64,000 nucleotides of DNA from Inhella sp. GTDB taxonomy: Bacteria > Pseudomonadota > Gammaproteobacteria > Burkholderiales > Burkholderiaceae_C. The DNA is taken from NCBI RefSeq assembly GCF_027532025.1, contig NZ_JAPZSY010000052.1, positions 377-64,376 on the forward strand, in the 5' to 3' direction. Positions within the stretch are counted from its first letter, which is position 1. Each line of letters starts with the position of its first letter. Shown one piece after another: positions 26,352-35,576 of this stretch. The notes under the pieces were generated by a model, which was not told the origin of the DNA, searched no databases, and worked only from the letters and a program-made list of their open reading frames with translations. Made by a program: the position numbers and the translations under genes.

Positions 26352-28235
26352 TCAGCGCTCCATCTCACCGCGGCGGCGAGGCACGTCTTCGTCACCGCGC
26401 TCGCGTTCGCGATGGCGCGGCACGCTGACGCTGGGACTCGGCTCAGCGCGGCGCGGCGGCTCGACACGCGGTGGCGACGGAGGCGGCTCCATGCGACGGG
26501 GGGGCTCAACCTGCGGCGTGGGTGCGGACCGCCAGGGCACGCCCTCGTCTCGTCGCGCGGGCCGAGATTCCTCGCGGCGCGGCTCAGGCCGAGCCTCAGG
26601 TCGGGGCTCAGGTCGGGGCTCGGATCGGTTGTCCCAGCGCCACTCCGGCCGCGGCGGACGCACGTCCTCCCGGCGGTCCTCCCTTCGATCTTCGCGACGC
26701 TCCTCGCGCCACACAGGCTCCGCAGCACGCGGGGTGGCCGGCTCACTGCGGCGCCACGGCACACCCGCTTCGGGCTCGCGCTCCACGGAGGGCGCGCGTT
26801 CCGGGCGAGGCATGGCGGCCACCGGCGGCGGCACTGCGCGGTCGGGACCGGCTTCCAACATGCGATCGACACGCGGTTCGGCCGGACGGCCTCGCACCCA
26901 GGGCAAGGCCTCGCGGGCCGGCGCCTCCGCCACCGGTGTGAGCTGCCGCAGCACCTGCTCGTCACGGACCGGCATGGGACGCAGCGGAACGCCGCGGTTG
27001 GGCCCCTCGCGCTCGGCCTCGGGCGCGTAGGCACTGATGGCCCCGGGCACGGCGCGGTTGTGCCCGGTCCACCCCGGCACAGGGCGTCGAACCGTCACCG
27101 GATCGGGGTCGGGGTTGATGCGACGCACGTGGTCGGGGGTGTGCCGGTACCAAGGCCGGTAGGCCTCGTAGGGCGCCAGAGGCACCCAAGCCGTCGGCAG
27201 GGGCGGTCGCACGCCCACGTGCACCCCCACCTGAACCGGCCCGTGGCCCACCCAGGCCACCAAGGCGGGCGCGTACACCGGGCGGGTCACCACCACCCGG
27301 CCCGGCGCCCAGCACCAGCGGTTGCGCCAATACACCCAGCGGCCATAGTGGGAGGTGGCATACCCCCAGGGCAGGTCGTCCACCCAAGTCCACCCCCATA
27401 CACGGTGCCAAGTCCAGCGGCCGTAGCGGTAAGGCGCCCAATCCACCGCCACACGCAGGGGGGTCCAGATCGGACCGAATTCGGGGCTCGTCTCCCAACG
27501 GCCATGAGCGTCCAACTCGTCCGCGCCATTGAGTTCGGGTGAAACATAGCGGTAGGCGGGGCGGCTGGCGTAGCGGCTCAGGTCCTCCCGACCGAAACCC
27601 GCGCTGCCGACGAGCCAAGCGCCAAAGTCGTCGTGGCGCAGCAACTTGCTGCGCTCGGCGCGTGGGCCACCATCCCACCAGACCTCGGCGGCCTCGGGGC
27701 CGTCCAGCCACAGCGGAGCATCGTCCTGCCCCCGATGATCGAAGCGCAAGCGCCCGTCGTACACCTGGGCCCGGCTGGCGCGCGGCAGGACGTCGACGCG
27801 GTAGTCGCCCACCCCATCAAACTGGAAACGGCCTTCCGGCGTGCGCACCCGCGTCTCCCGCGCACCCTCGCGGGTGACGAGCCGCAGGGCCACCGAACCT
27901 CGATCGAGGCCCAACTCCAAGCGGCCGTCGTCGACCCGCATCAGCTCCATCTGGCTGCGTTCGTCCAACCACAGCGCATGGGGGCCCACCCGCAGACCGA
28001 CACGGCCTTGGGGGTCGACGCGCAAGCGATCGCCCTCGGTCAAGGTCTGGTTGCGCAACAGGGGCTGCCATTCCCGGCTGTCGGTGTCAAACCAGAGGGC
28101 TTGGCCTTGCACTTCGGCCACACGCACCACGCGGGTGGGCGGATCGGTTTGGGCCTGCACTGGGCTCGCAGTCCACACCAAAGCCAGCCCGCACAACGCC
28201 ACAGCGGCACGCCGCAACAAGGGAATCGGGTTCAT
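26352..28235 (-). CDS. Secreted FecR-domain / Trp-rich (DUF6600-like) protein with charged Pro/Arg/Glu repeat tail
   Basis: The ATG at 28235 has GGAGA upstream and gives the signal peptide MNPIPLLRRAAVALCGLALVWTASPVQA. A FecR-like beta region follows. The central region is W/Y/R-rich (YRYGRWTWHRVWGWTWVDDLPWGYATSHYGRWVYWRNRWCWAPG). The tail is REDRREDRREDRRED ... EPRPEPRPEARPEPRRE. Confidence 0.7.
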   Translation of the reverse strand: MNPIPLLRRAAVALCGLALVWTASPVQAQTDPPTRVVRVAEVQGQALWFDTDSREWQPLLRNQTLTEGDRLRVDPQGRVGLRVGPHALWLDERSQMELMRVDDGRLELGLDRGSVALRLVTREGARETRVRTPEGRFQFDGVGDYRVDVLPRASRAQVYDGRLRFDHRGQDDAPLWLDGPEAAEVWWDGGPRAERSKLLRHDDFGAWLVGSAGFGREDLSRYASRPAYRYVSPELNGADELDAHGRWETSPEFGPIWTPLRVAVDWAPYRYGRWTWHRVWGWTWVDDLPWGYATSHYGRWVYWRNRWCWAPGRVVVTRPVYAPALVAWVGHGPVQVGVHVGVRPPLPTAWVPLAPYEAYRPWYRHTPDHVRRINPDPDPVTVRRPVPGWTGHNRAVPGAISAYAPEAEREGPNRGVPLRPMPVRDEQVLRQLTPVAEAPAREALPWVRGRPAEPRVDRMLEAGPDRAVPPPVAAMPRPERAPSVEREPEAGVPWRRSEPATPRAAEPVWREERREDRREDRREDVRPPRPEWRWDNRSEPRPEPRPEARPEPRREESRPARRDEGVPWRSAPTPQVEPPRRMEPPPSPPRVEPPRRAEPSPSVSVPRHRERERGDEDVPRRRGEMER

Positions 28236-28299
28236 CGTGTCGTCTCCTTCCGCACGCGCGGATGGCCGACTAACGCAGGACCCGGGCGTTTGGAGGACA

Positions 28300-28836
28300 T
28301 CAATCGTCGTCGCCCGCGTCCAAGTCGGGAAACAGAATGTCGGTGAAGCCGAAGCGCCGGAAGTCGCGCACCCGCATGGGGTAGAGGATGCCGAACAGGT
28401 GGTCGCATTCGTGCTGAACCACCCGGGCATGGAACCCATCGGCCTCGCGCTCGATCCACCCGCCCGCCTGGTCGCGCCCCCGGTACCGGATGCGCGACCA
28501 CCGCGGCACCACGCCGCGCAGCCCGGGCACCGACAGGCAGCCCTCCCAGCCCTCCTCTTCCGCCTCGCTCAAGGGCGTGATCTCCGGATTGATCAGCAAG
28601 GTGGGCGGCACGGGCGGCGCGTCGGGGTAGCGGGCGTTGCGCTGGAAGCCGAACAACACCACCTGCAGGTCCACACCGATCTGCGGTGCCGCGAGGCCCG
28701 CACCCTGGGCGGCCACCATGGTGTCGTGGAGGTCTTGCGCCAGCGCCTCCAGCTCGGGTGTGCCGAACTCGGACACGGGCTGGGCAACGCGCAGCAAGCG
28801 CGGATCGCCCATGCGGAGGATCTCTCGGACGGCCAT
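28300..28836 (-). CDS. def: Peptide deformylase
   Basis: 178 aa with [16 protein letters not shown] and HECDHL motifs. Confidence 0.93.
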   Translation of the reverse strand: MAVREILRMGDPRLLRVAQPVSEFGTPELEALAQDLHDTMVAAQGAGLAAPQIGVDLQVVLFGFQRNARYPDAPPVPPTLLINPEITPLSEAEEEGWEGCLSVPGLRGVVPRWSRIRYRGRDQAGGWIEREADGFHARVVQHECDHLFGILYPMRVRDFRRFGFTDILFPDLDAGDDD

Positions 28837-28852
28837 GGGCTATCGTGGCGGC

Positions 28853-29809
28853 ATGGTTGAACAGGCCCCCATTCTTCCCGAACACACCGAAGCCCTGGGC
28901 GACGGCGTGTACGCCATCGACACCGGCTTCCAGCGCCCCCGCTTCGATGCCGCTTACCTGGTCGTCGAAGGCGCGCACGCGGCCTTCATCGACACCGGCA
29001 CCAACTTCGCCGTGCCCCGTCTGCTGGAGGCCCTGAGCGCCTTGGGCTTGCCCCGCGAGGCGGTGGACTACGTCATCCCCACCCATGTCCACCTGGACCA
29101 CGCCGGCGGTGTGGGCTTGCTGATGCGCGAGCTGCCGCGGGCCACCTTGGTGTGCCACCCGCGCGGATTGCGCCACCTCATCGACCCCACCCAGTTGTGG
29201 GCCAGCGCGACCGCCGTGTACGGCGAGCTGGAGATGCAGCGCAGCTACGGGCAACTCGTCAACGTGCCCGCCGACCGGGCCATGGCCAGCGCCGACGACA
29301 TGGTGCTGGACCTGGGGGGGCGACCCCTGCGCTTGATCGACACGCCGGGACACGCCAAGCACCACCACTGCATCTGGGATGGCCGCAGCCGGGGCTGGTT
29401 CACTGGCGACACCTTCGGGCTCAGTTACCGCGAGTTCGACGTCGAGGGCCGGGCCTGGGCCCTGCCCACCAGCACCCCCGTGCAGTTCGAGCCCGAGGCC
29501 ATGAAGGCCTCCATCCAGCGGTTGCTGGCCTCCTCGCCGAACTGCATGTACGTGACGCACTACGGCCGCGTGCGCGATGTGCCCCGCGTGGCCGCGTTGT
29601 TGATCGACTTGATCGACCGCATGGTGGCCGTGGCCCGTGACGCCCAGGCCGAGCGCCATGCCCGCCTCAAGCGCGAGTTGTTGGCGGTGTACGCCGACAG
29701 CCTGCGCCTGCACGGTTGCACCTTGAGCGATGCCGACGTGGCCCAACTGCTGGCCACCGACCTGGAGCTGAATGCCCAGGGGCTGGAAGTGTGGCTGGAC
29801 AAGCGCTGA
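28853..29809 (+). CDS. MBL-fold metallo-hydrolase
   Basis: HVHLDHAGG (HxHxDH) and TPGHAKHH. The start is the ATG at 28853 or at 28835; the latter overlaps the def start codon. Confidence 0.85.
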   Translation: MVEQAPILPEHTEALGDGVYAIDTGFQRPRFDAAYLVVEGAHAAFIDTGTNFAVPRLLEALSALGLPREAVDYVIPTHVHLDHAGGVGLLMRELPRATLVCHPRGLRHLIDPTQLWASATAVYGELEMQRSYGQLVNVPADRAMASADDMVLDLGGRPLRLIDTPGHAKHHHCIWDGRSRGWFTGDTFGLSYREFDVEGRAWALPTSTPVQFEPEAMKASIQRLLASSPNCMYVTHYGRVRDVPRVAALLIDLIDRMVAVARDAQAERHARLKRELLAVYADSLRLHGCTLSDADVAQLLATDLELNAQGLEVWLDKR

Positions 29810-29855
29810 TCCCCTTCGAGATCCGGTCGATCTGGCGCCCACCGAGAATCTGGTC

Positions 29856-30791
29856 ATGATTTCGTGGACCTATCGGCACCGCTTCGTTGTGGGTGACCAG
29901 ACCTTCCGGGTGGCGGTGAAAACCAGCACCGGACGCCTACAAAGCGAGCTGCTCCTGTCCGATCGGGCCGTGGCGCATGACATGACCCTGGTGCAGTCGG
30001 CCGCTGACTTGCGCAACCACCAACTGCTGCACACCTTGCAGGATGGCCGCAGGTTGGAGGTGGAGGTGGGCTTGGTCGGTTCTTGGCGCGTGGGCATTGC
30101 GGTTCGCATCGACGGCGTGCTCGTCCACGAAAGCCATCCAGGCCAGCCTTTGCGCTACCCCGACTGGATGCGACGCCAGTTGGAAAAGGCACACGGTGCC
30201 ACAGCAGAAGAATCGGCCCTGCAGGCGGTGCGCGCAGCGCAGCAAGCGGCGCAATGGCAACGCAACAAGTGGTCGCTCTTTGCCGACCTGAGTTTGGGCC
30301 TTTTGTTTTTCGTCGTGGCCAAGTTCACCGACCTGACCACGGCAGCCCTGGTGGGCGCCGCTGCCGGACTGAGCCTGGTCCTCGTGCAACGCCATGTGAA
30401 GGTGGACTTGCTGGGTGGCTTGGCCTTGTTCGGCGTGGTGATGCTGCTCGTCTCGGCGGGCTTCTCCCTTGCCTTCCAGGACGACTGGGCCGTGAAGATG
30501 AAGAGCACGATCCTGGGCCTGCTGACGGCCGCCCTCTTCCTCAGCGATGGGGCATTCAACCGGGGCCGCTACTTCGGTCAGCGCATGGCCCGCTACCTCA
30601 TGCAGCCGGTGGACTTCCCCCGGCTGAGCTTGGGCATGGGCGTCTTGGGGCTGGTGATGGCCGGCTTGAACTACGGGGTCGCCGCCTGGTTCAGCACCGA
30701 CGTGTGGCTGACCTACTCCACCTTCGGCGACACCGTGCTGGTGATCGCGATGTTCTTCGGCGTGCTGCGCTTCGCGAAGCCGAAAGCCTGA
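29856..30791 (+). CDS. Septation-protein-A (YciB/IspZ)-like membrane domain with a ~150-aa N-terminal soluble extension
   Basis: ATG at 29856 (MISWTYRHRF). The C-terminal ~165 aa (LFADLSLGLLFFVVAKFTDLTTAAL ... WLTYSTFG ...) parallels the YciB pattern. I recognise no family for the N-terminal part. Confidence 0.62.
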   Translation: MISWTYRHRFVVGDQTFRVAVKTSTGRLQSELLLSDRAVAHDMTLVQSAADLRNHQLLHTLQDGRRLEVEVGLVGSWRVGIAVRIDGVLVHESHPGQPLRYPDWMRRQLEKAHGATAEESALQAVRAAQQAAQWQRNKWSLFADLSLGLLFFVVAKFTDLTTAALVGAAAGLSLVLVQRHVKVDLLGGLALFGVVMLLVSAGFSLAFQDDWAVKMKSTILGLLTAALFLSDGAFNRGRYFGQRMARYLMQPVDFPRLSLGMGVLGLVMAGLNYGVAAWFSTDVWLTYSTFGDTVLVIAMFFGVLRFAKPKA

Positions 30792-30845
30792 ACTGCGCGA
30801 CGCCTCGCTCGTCGAGGCCATGTTCCGGCCGGGGGAACGCCAGGC

Positions 30846-32327
30846 CTACTCGCTGCCGTCGTCCAGCCCAAGCTCTTGGATCTTGCGGGTGATGGTGTTG
30901 CGACCGATGCCCAGCAAACGCGCCGCCTCGATGCGGCGCCCCCGCGTGTGGGCCAAGGCGGCCACCACCAGTTCGGTCTCGAAGCGGCGGGTCAATTGGT
31001 CCCACACGTCGGGCTCGCCAGCGGTCAAGAGGCGTGCGGCCTCCAGAGCCATCTGATGCGCCCAATCCGGTCCGCCAGCCAACACGGGGGCTGGCGCCAG
31101 CGGCGGGGCCGGGGCTACAGGGGCGACAGCGCCGTGCGGCGCTTGCGCAAGGGGCGCTGGCACGGCCGTGGGGGACTCGCCCAGTTCCGGCGGCAGGTCT
31201 TTGACGTCCACCACTTGGCTGGGTGCCATGACGGTCAGCCAGTGGCAAAGGTTCTGCAACTGCCGCACGTTGCCCGGGAAATCGAACGCCTGAAGCTGCG
31301 CCAGCGCAGGCTCGGACAAGCGCTTGGGCTCCACGCCCAACTCCTGCGCGCTGGCGGCCAGGAAGGAGCGGGCCAGCAGGGGGATGTCTTCGCGCCGCTC
31401 GCGCAGCGGGGGCAGGCGCAGGCGGATGACGTTCAGGCGGTGGAACAGGTCCTCGCGAAAGGCGCCATCGCGCACCCGTTGTTCCAAGTTTTGGTGGGTG
31501 GCGGCGATGACGCGCACTTGGCTCTTGAGCGGACTGTGACCGCCCACGCGGTAGTACTGCCCGTCGGACAGCACCCGCAGCAGGCGGGTTTGCAGCTCCA
31601 GCGGCATGTCGCCGATTTCATCCAAGAACAGGGTGCCACCCTCGGCTTGCTCGAAACGGCCGCGGCGCTGCGCTTGAGCGCCGGTGAAGGCCCCGCGCTC
31701 GTGACCGAAAAGTTCGCTCTCCAGCAAATCCTTCGGGATGGCGGCCGTGTTGATGGCCACGAAGGGGCCCGCCGCCCGGGGCGAGTGCTTGTGCAGGGCC
31801 CGAGCCACCAATTCCTTGCCGGCACCGCTCTCGCCCGTGATGAGCACCGTGACTTGGCTCTGGCTCAAGCGCCCGATGGCGCGAAACAGCTCCTGCATGG
31901 CCGGCGCCTGCCCCAGCATCTCCGGCGTGTTGGCCTGGGCCTCTAAGGCGGCCCCCTCGGTGTCGCTTTGCGCCATGGCCCGCCGAATGAGTTCAACCGC
32001 GCGCGTCAGGTCAAAGGGTTTGGCCAGGTAATCGAAAGCGCCGCCCTGGAAGGCGGCCACCGCGCTGTCGAGATCGCTGAAGGCCGTCATGACGATGACG
32101 GGCAGGCTGGGGTGCTGGGCCCGCAGCTCGGTCAGCAGGTCCAAGCCCGACCCCCCCGGCATGCGGATGTCGCTGACGAGCACTTGCGGCGGTCCGTCCT
32201 GCTCCAGAGCGGCACGCACCTCCCGCGCACTGGCGAAGGTCCGCACCGGCAGGCCCTCGCGCGTCAGCGCTTTGTCCAACACGAAGCGGATGGAGTGATC
32301 GTCGTCAACAACCCAGATGGATTTCAA
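30846..32327 (-). CDS. glnG: Nitrogen regulation protein NR(I), sigma54-dependent response regulator NtrC
   Basis: TTG start at 32327, giving (M)[16 protein letters not shown]. Receiver domain, AAA+ domain with GESGAGKE and the GAFTGA motif, and a C-terminal Fis-type HTH. Confidence 0.93.
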   Translation of the reverse strand: MKSIWVVDDDHSIRFVLDKALTREGLPVRTFASAREVRAALEQDGPPQVLVSDIRMPGGSGLDLLTELRAQHPSLPVIVMTAFSDLDSAVAAFQGGAFDYLAKPFDLTRAVELIRRAMAQSDTEGAALEAQANTPEMLGQAPAMQELFRAIGRLSQSQVTVLITGESGAGKELVARALHKHSPRAAGPFVAINTAAIPKDLLESELFGHERGAFTGAQAQRRGRFEQAEGGTLFLDEIGDMPLELQTRLLRVLSDGQYYRVGGHSPLKSQVRVIAATHQNLEQRVRDGAFREDLFHRLNVIRLRLPPLRERREDIPLLARSFLAASAQELGVEPKRLSEPALAQLQAFDFPGNVRQLQNLCHWLTVMAPSQVVDVKDLPPELGESPTAVPAPLAQAPHGAVAPVAPAPPLAPAPVLAGGPDWAHQMALEAARLLTAGEPDVWDQLTRRFETELVVAALAHTRGRRIEAARLLGIGRNTITRKIQELGLDDGSE

Positions 32328-32334
32328 GGCGGGC

Positions 32335-33411
32335 TCAAGGTAGGGGCAAGGTGATGCGGAAGCTCGTCCGGCCCACGGCGCTCTCGCAATCGATCAAGCC
32401 TTGGTGCGCTTGGACGATGGTCTGTGCCAAGTGCAAACCCAAGCCCGTGCCGCCCTCCCGCCCGCTGACCAAGGGCAAGAAGATGCGGTCACGGAGCTCG
32501 GCCGGCACACCGGGTCCGTTGTCCTCGATATGCAACTCCAGTGCCAGCTTCCAGCGCTGTTTCCCCAGGGTCACCTGTCGGGCCACGCGGGTGCGAAAAA
32601 CGATCTCGGCCGGCTCGCCGCGGGCCATCTGCGGCTCCATGACTTGGGCCGCGTTTTGGGCGATGTTGAGCGCGGCCTGGATGAGTTGCTCGCGGTCACC
32701 GCGGAAGTCGGGCAGGGAGATGTCGTAATCGCGCCGAACGCTCAGACCCTTGGGGTGCTCCACCAGCAAGAGGGAGCGAACGCGCTCGCAAATCTCATGG
32801 ATGTTGACGTCGCTGACCTCGGGCGCATGCCGGTGCGGGGCCAGCAGGCGGTCAACCAGCAGTTGCAGGCGGTCGGCCTCGTGGACGATGACGTCGGTGT
32901 ACTCGGTCAGCCCGCGGTCGTTGCCCAACTCTAAAGCCAGCAACTGCGCGGCACCGCGCAAGCCGCCCAGGGGGTTCTTGATCTCGTGCGCCAGGTTGCG
33001 AATGAGGTCCTTGCTGGCCAGCACTTGGCTCAAGCTGCGTTCCTCGCGCTCCTGTCGCGTTTGCTGGGTCGCTTCGATCATCTCCACGAGCAGTTCGTCG
33101 GGTCCGGCGCCCGCGGACACCAGCACGAGCACGGGCATCGGCTCGTCGTGCGGAGCGCGCAGCAGTTGGGATTCGAAACGGGACGCCGCCACGCGGTTCA
33201 GGTGCACGGCCTCGAGGGACTCGCGCCAGCGTGGGGCGTCAGCCACCCAATCGAACAGGGACTGGCGCTGGGCGCTGCGCCGCGACAAGCGCATCTGGTC
33301 CTCGAAAGCGGCATTGGCGAAGATGACCGCACCAAGAGGGCGCACCACCAGCACCAAGGTGGTGAGCAGGTCGAAAGCGCCCCAGGGTTCGGCGCTGGTG
33401 GCGTTGGTCAA
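32335..33411 (-). CDS. glnL: Nitrogen regulation sensor histidine kinase NtrB
   Basis: PAS-like N-terminus, H-box LAHEIKNPLGG, and N/G boxes (NGPGVP, GGTGLGL). The TTG start overlaps the stop of the upstream gene (TTGA). Confidence 0.9.
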   Translation of the reverse strand: MTNATSAEPWGAFDLLTTLVLVVRPLGAVIFANAAFEDQMRLSRRSAQRQSLFDWVADAPRWRESLEAVHLNRVAASRFESQLLRAPHDEPMPVLVLVSAGAGPDELLVEMIEATQQTRQEREERSLSQVLASKDLIRNLAHEIKNPLGGLRGAAQLLALELGNDRGLTEYTDVIVHEADRLQLLVDRLLAPHRHAPEVSDVNIHEICERVRSLLLVEHPKGLSVRRDYDISLPDFRGDREQLIQAALNIAQNAAQVMEPQMARGEPAEIVFRTRVARQVTLGKQRWKLALELHIEDNGPGVPAELRDRIFLPLVSGREGGTGLGLHLAQTIVQAHQGLIDCESAVGRTSFRITLPLP

Positions 33412-33896
33412 TTCAGCTTGGCCAACTCGCGCTTGAGCGCGGCGATGTCGGCTTCTTGGCGCGACAGGGCCGCCTTGAGTTCGGCCACACGCTCCTGGAA
33501 CTTGGCGAAATTGCGCTCGTCACCCCGACGCTCGGGCTCGCCATGGTTGTACTCGGCCTTGAGGGCCGCCAACCGGGCCTCGGCATCGCGCAACTCGGCG
33601 GTCAGCACGGCGCGACGATCGCTGTCGCGCGCGCGCTGCTGGTCGCGCTCGGTCCGCGTGCCCTCGGCCGAGGCCGGCGCTGGCGCTGGCGCCGCGGACG
33701 GCGGGCGAGGGCGTGGGCTCTGGACCACGCTGACCGGCGCTCCTTCGATCGACTTGCAGCCCTTGTCGGCCGCTTCTTTCGGCGTCAGCGCATCCGTGTA
33801 CAGAACCGGCGGCCCAGGACAGCGATACACGATGTTTTGGGCCGACGCGAGCGAGGGCAGGATCAACACGGTGAGAGCAAGAAGGCGTCGGGTCAT
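33408..33896 (-). CDS. DUF4124-domain secreted protein with coiled-coil tail
   Basis: The ATG at 33896 gives the signal peptide MTRRLLALTVLILPSLASA, followed by QNIVYRCPGPPVLYTD (DUF4124-like). The longer ORF extension to 34313 crosses the glnA terminator and overlaps glnA, so it is rejected. Confidence 0.75.
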   Translation of the reverse strand: MTRRLLALTVLILPSLASAQNIVYRCPGPPVLYTDALTPKEAADKGCKSIEGAPVSVVQSPRPRPPSAAPAPAPASAEGTRTERDQQRARDSDRRAVLTAELRDAEARLAALKAEYNHGEPERRGDERNFAKFQERVAELKAALSRQEADIAALKRELAKLN

Positions 33897-33944
33897 GGGG
33901 GGTGCGAGGTCCGGCAATGGGAGGATTGTGGCGCGCATGCCCAG

Positions 33945-33972
33945 AAAAAAGGGGCGCTCGTGAGCGCCCCTT
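33945..33972 (-). terminator. Intrinsic terminator downstream of glnA
   Basis: On the minus strand: GGGGCGCTC-ACG-GAGCGCCCC followed by T6-7 (forward A-run 33945-33951). Confidence 0.75.
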
Positions 33973-33997
33973 GTTGGGTTCGGCCGTTCAGCGCGGC

Positions 33998-35413
33998 TTA
34001 CAGCGAGTAGTACATGTCGAACTCGATGGGATGCGGCACTTGGCGGAAGCGCGTCACTTCTTGCATCTTGAGGTCGATGTAGGCATCGAGGTAGGCGTCG
34101 GTGAACACACCGCCCTTGGTCAGGAAGGCACGGTCCTTGTCCAGGTACTCCAGGGCCTGATCGAGGCTGTGGCAGACGGTCGGGATCTTCGCGTCTTCCT
34201 CGGGCGGCAGGTGGTACAGGTCCTTGGTGGCGGCTTCGCCCGGGTGGATCTTGTTCTCCACGCCGTCCAGGCCAGCCATCAGCAGGGCCGAGAAGCCCAG
34301 GTAGGGGTTGCACAGCGGATCGGGGAAGCGCGCTTCGATGCGACGGCCCTTCGGGTTGGCCACGAAGGGGATGCGAATCGAGGCCGAGCGGTTGCGGGCC
34401 GAGTAAGCCAGCTTCACCGGGGCTTCGAAGCCGGGCACCAGGCGCTTGTAGCTGTTGGTGCCAGGGTTCGTGATGGCGTTCAGCGCACGGGCGTGCTTGA
34501 TGATGCCGCCGATGTAGTACAGCGCGAACTCACTCAGGCCGCCGTAGCCGTCGCCAGCGAACAGGTTCTTGCCGTCCTTCCAGACCGACTGGTGCACGTG
34601 CATGCCGCTGCCGTTGTCGCCGGCCATGGGCTTGGGCATGAAGGTGGCGGTCTTGCCGTAGGCGTGGGCCACGTTGTGGATCACGTACTTTTGCAACTGC
34701 AGCCAGTCGGCGCGTTGCACCAGGGTGCTGAACTTGGTGCCGATTTCGTTTTGGCCGGCGCCCGCCACTTCGTGGTGGTGCACTTCAACCGGGATGCCCA
34801 GGCTTTCCAGGATCAGGCACATCTCGCTGCGCATGTCTTGGAAGCTGTCGACCGGGGGCACGGGGAAGTAGCCGCCCTTGACGGTCGGGCGGTGGCCCAT
34901 GTTGCCGCCTTCGGTGGCATTGCCGGTCATCCACGAGGCTTCGTCGGAGTCGATCTTGACGAAGCTGCCCGACATGTCGCTGGCCCAGCGGATGCCGTCG
35001 AAGATGAAGAACTCGGGTTCCGGACCGAAGTAGGCGGTGTCGCCCAGGCCGCTGCTCTTCAGGTAAGCCTCAGCGCGCTTGGCCAAGCTGCGGGGGTCGC
35101 GCTCGTAGGCCTTGCCGTCGCCCGGCTCGATCACGTCGCAGGTCAGGAACAGCGTGGGTTCTTCGTAGAACGGGTCGATGTTGGCGGTGGACGGATCCGG
35201 CATCAGCAGCATGTCCGAGGCCTCGATGCCCTTCCAGCCAGCGATCGACGAGCCGTCGAACGCGTGGCCGCTGACAAACTTGTCCTCGTCAAAGTGCGAC
35301 ACGGGCACGCTGACGTGCTGCTCTTTGCCACGGGTATCGGTGAAGCGGAAGTCGACGAACTTGACTTCGTTCTCCTTCACCAGCTTCATCACGTCGGCAA
35401 CGGTCTTGGCCAT
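33998..35413 (-). CDS. glnA: Glutamine synthetase type I
   Basis: ATG at 35413 ([26 protein letters not shown]). The product is GSI-like over its full length, including the adenylylation-site region NLYDLPPEE-like ([10 protein letters not shown]). Confidence 0.95.
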   Translation of the reverse strand: MAKTVADVMKLVKENEVKFVDFRFTDTRGKEQHVSVPVSHFDEDKFVSGHAFDGSSIAGWKGIEASDMLLMPDPSTANIDPFYEEPTLFLTCDVIEPGDGKAYERDPRSLAKRAEAYLKSSGLGDTAYFGPEPEFFIFDGIRWASDMSGSFVKIDSDEASWMTGNATEGGNMGHRPTVKGGYFPVPPVDSFQDMRSEMCLILESLGIPVEVHHHEVAGAGQNEIGTKFSTLVQRADWLQLQKYVIHNVAHAYGKTATFMPKPMAGDNGSGMHVHQSVWKDGKNLFAGDGYGGLSEFALYYIGGIIKHARALNAITNPGTNSYKRLVPGFEAPVKLAYSARNRSASIRIPFVANPKGRRIEARFPDPLCNPYLGFSALLMAGLDGVENKIHPGEAATKDLYHLPPEEDAKIPTVCHSLDQALEYLDKDRAFLTKGGVFTDAYLDAYIDLKMQEVTRFRQVPHPIEFDMYYSL

Positions 35414-35481
35414 CCAAAGCTCCAAACGGTACGGGGTTGAAAGTGAGGTCGGACGCGCACGCGCCCGGTCGCTCAAAGGTA

Positions 35482-35497
35482 TGCAACAACAATGCCA
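35482..35497 (-). promoter_or_regulatory. Sigma54 (-24/-12) promoter of glnA
   Basis: The minus strand reads TGGCAT-TGTTG-TTGCA (consensus TGGCAC-N5-TTGCW), about 70 nt upstream of the glnA ATG. Confidence 0.75.
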
Positions 35498-35576
35498 AGC
35501 CGTTCAGGCCCTGGCACCGTCGGCAGCAGGCCATGATACGGGGGGCGGGTTATCCCGCCATTGGGGCAATGCACGG

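Noticed and set aside
33897-34313. Extension of the DUF4124 ORF to 301 aa
   Set aside because: It runs through the glnA terminator hairpin and into the glnA coding region. The ATG at 33896 yields a proper signal peptide.
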